The position numbers and the translations under genes were made by a program. Below are positions 62,688 to 64,000 of a stretch of 64,000 bases of DNA, one piece after another (the stretch's first letter is position 1; the number at the start of each line of letters is the position of its first letter). The stretch is from Candidatus Poribacteria bacterium (GTDB lineage Bacteria > Poribacteria > WGA-4E > WGA-3G). Location of the stretch: positions 384,001 through 448,000 of the forward strand of contig CBDBFU010000012.1 of the NCBI GenBank assembly GCA_965205025.1. Reading direction: 5' to 3'. The notes beneath the pieces were generated by a model. The model worked only from the letters and a program-made list of their open reading frames with translations, was not told the origin of the DNA and made no database searches.

Positions 62688-64000
62688 ATGGTGTCAATTC
62701 AGATAGAGAATCTTTCTTTCACCTATCCGAGTCGAAATACACCTACATTAAATGGTATAAACGCAGAGATTTCTCCTGGTGAGTTTATACTCCTAACTGG
62801 ACCAACTGGATGTGGTAAAACCACATTCCTTAGAGCTCTTAATGGTTTGATTCCACATTCCTCAACTGGAATCTATTCAGGTTCAGTTACAATTGATGAT
62901 ATAAATATCTCAAGACAACCGCTTACCACTACATGTCAACAGATATCTCTCCTATTCCAAAACCCCGACGATCAACTCTTTTGTACACTTGTTGAGGATG
63001 AAATTGCATTTGGACTTGAAAATCTTGGGTTTCCATCCGATGAAATAAACCAACGCATCAAAACTGCTTTAGACGAAGTAGGTTTATCAGAGTTTAGAGG
63101 ACGAAAAATTGACGAACTCTCTGGTGGAGAGAGACAACGCGTAGCGTTGGCTTCTATTTGTGCAATGGAACCTAAGGTTTTACTCTTGGATGAACCAACA
63201 AGTCATTTAGATCCTAAAGCAATCCATGAGATATTAGAGATAGTAAAAAAATTAAATAGAGAAAAAGGTATAACTGTTGTTCTGGCATCACACCAAGTTA
63301 AACAAATCTTACCATATTTTACTCGTATGTGGTTAATGGATGCAGGTCAAATTGTGCTGGATCTACCAAAGGTAAAGGCATTCCTTGATCTGACTCCATT
63401 TCAAAAACTTGGTGTTCAAATTCCAAATGCTGATGAAAGATTAAATAATGTTAATAAAGTTGACATTCATTCATCATCTAAAAAGGAAATTATCCTTAAG
63501 GTCGAAGATCTGTGTTTCAAATACAATAAAGAAGAAGAAAATGTTATTAATTCAATAGATTGTAATATCTCAAAAGGTGAGATAGTCTCAATTATGGGGG
63601 CAAACGGTTCTGGAAAAACAACTTTCCTACAACTTATAGGCGGATTATTAACGCCAATATCAGGTAAGGTTATATTAAACGAAGAAAATATCTCTACTAT
63701 GAAATTATACCAATTAGTTGGAAAGGTTGGAATTGTATTTCAGAATCCTGATCTAATTTTACAAGCCGAAACTGTAAGGGATGAGGTGGGTTTTGGATTA
63801 AAAAATGTCAAGTTGAAATCTCCAATAAAAAATAACCGTTTAGAAGATATGCTAATCCGTTTTAAACTGAAAGATTTGGAGGAAGAAGCTCCATTTTCAC
63901 TATCACGTGGACAACGCCAACGTGTAGCTGTTGCATCCACATTTTCTTTACTACCAGATCTTTTTCTTCTTGATGAACCTACTACTGGTCAAGATGCACA
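62688..64000 (+). CDS. ECF-type ABC transporter fused double ATPase (partial, runs off the window)
   Basis: MVSIQIENLSFTY, GPTGCGKTT, FQNPDDQ, LSGGERQR and LLDEPT; second domain GANGSGKTT, LSRGQRQR and LDEPTTGQD. No stop before the edge. Confidence 0.9.
   Translation, partial: MVSIQIENLSFTYPSRNTPTLNGINAEISPGEFILLTGPTGCGKTTFLRALNGLIPHSSTGIYSGSVTIDDINISRQPLTTTCQQISLLFQNPDDQLFCTLVEDEIAFGLENLGFPSDEINQRIKTALDEVGLSEFRGRKIDELSGGERQRVALASICAMEPKVLLLDEPTSHLDPKAIHEILEIVKKLNREKGITVVLASHQVKQILPYFTRMWLMDAGQIVLDLPKVKAFLDLTPFQKLGVQIPNADERLNNVNKVDIHSSSKKEIILKVEDLCFKYNKEEENVINSIDCNISKGEIVSIMGANGSGKTTFLQLIGGLLTPISGKVILNEENISTMKLYQLVGKVGIVFQNPDLILQAETVRDEVGFGLKNVKLKSPIKNNRLEDMLIRFKLKDLEEEAPFSLSRGQRQRVAVASTFSLLPDLFLLDEPTTGQDA

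Noticed and set aside
830-63940. Numerous short antisense or out-of-frame ORFs nested in the large genes (e.g. 7102-7584, 14119-14601, 59717-60202, 63740-63940)
   Set aside because: They are shadows of well-supported genes on the other strand or frame, with no motifs or RBS.

Overview
AT-rich bacterial chromosomal window. Its gene repertoire (signal-peptide WD40 proteins, LamG proteins with a C-terminal GKxAxxWGxIK motif, several Uma2 proteins, a PhyH-HEAT fusion) suggests Candidatus Poribacteria, which is an inference. Core content: a Pup-proteasome operon (dop-pup-prcB-prcA-pafA), ppdK, rtcB, alr, potBC, grpE-dnaJ-prmA, pckG, an Omp85 protein, a GGGP synthase homolog, a B12 radical-SAM protein and a partial ECF ATPase. 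Main observations: (1) a rhodanese-MoeB (MoeZ-type) gene has an in-frame TGA at its conserved Cys, followed by a SECIS-like hairpin, so it is a probable selenoprotein. (2) An SNF2 helicase plus sacsin-like GHKL ATPase pair and an AAA/DUF3696 plus PIN pair are candidate defence systems. (3) A sigma54 motif precedes a structured ~120-nt non-coding element. (4) A divergent sigma factor/STAS module has mirror-image promoter-like sites. (5) There are three IS elements; an IS4 duplicated an entire REP hairpin and an IS630 split a LamG gene. (6) Many intergenic regions are nested 'Russian-doll' elements, with a REP hairpin bracketed by layers of IS-type inverted repeats. No tRNA, rRNA or CRISPR array was found.
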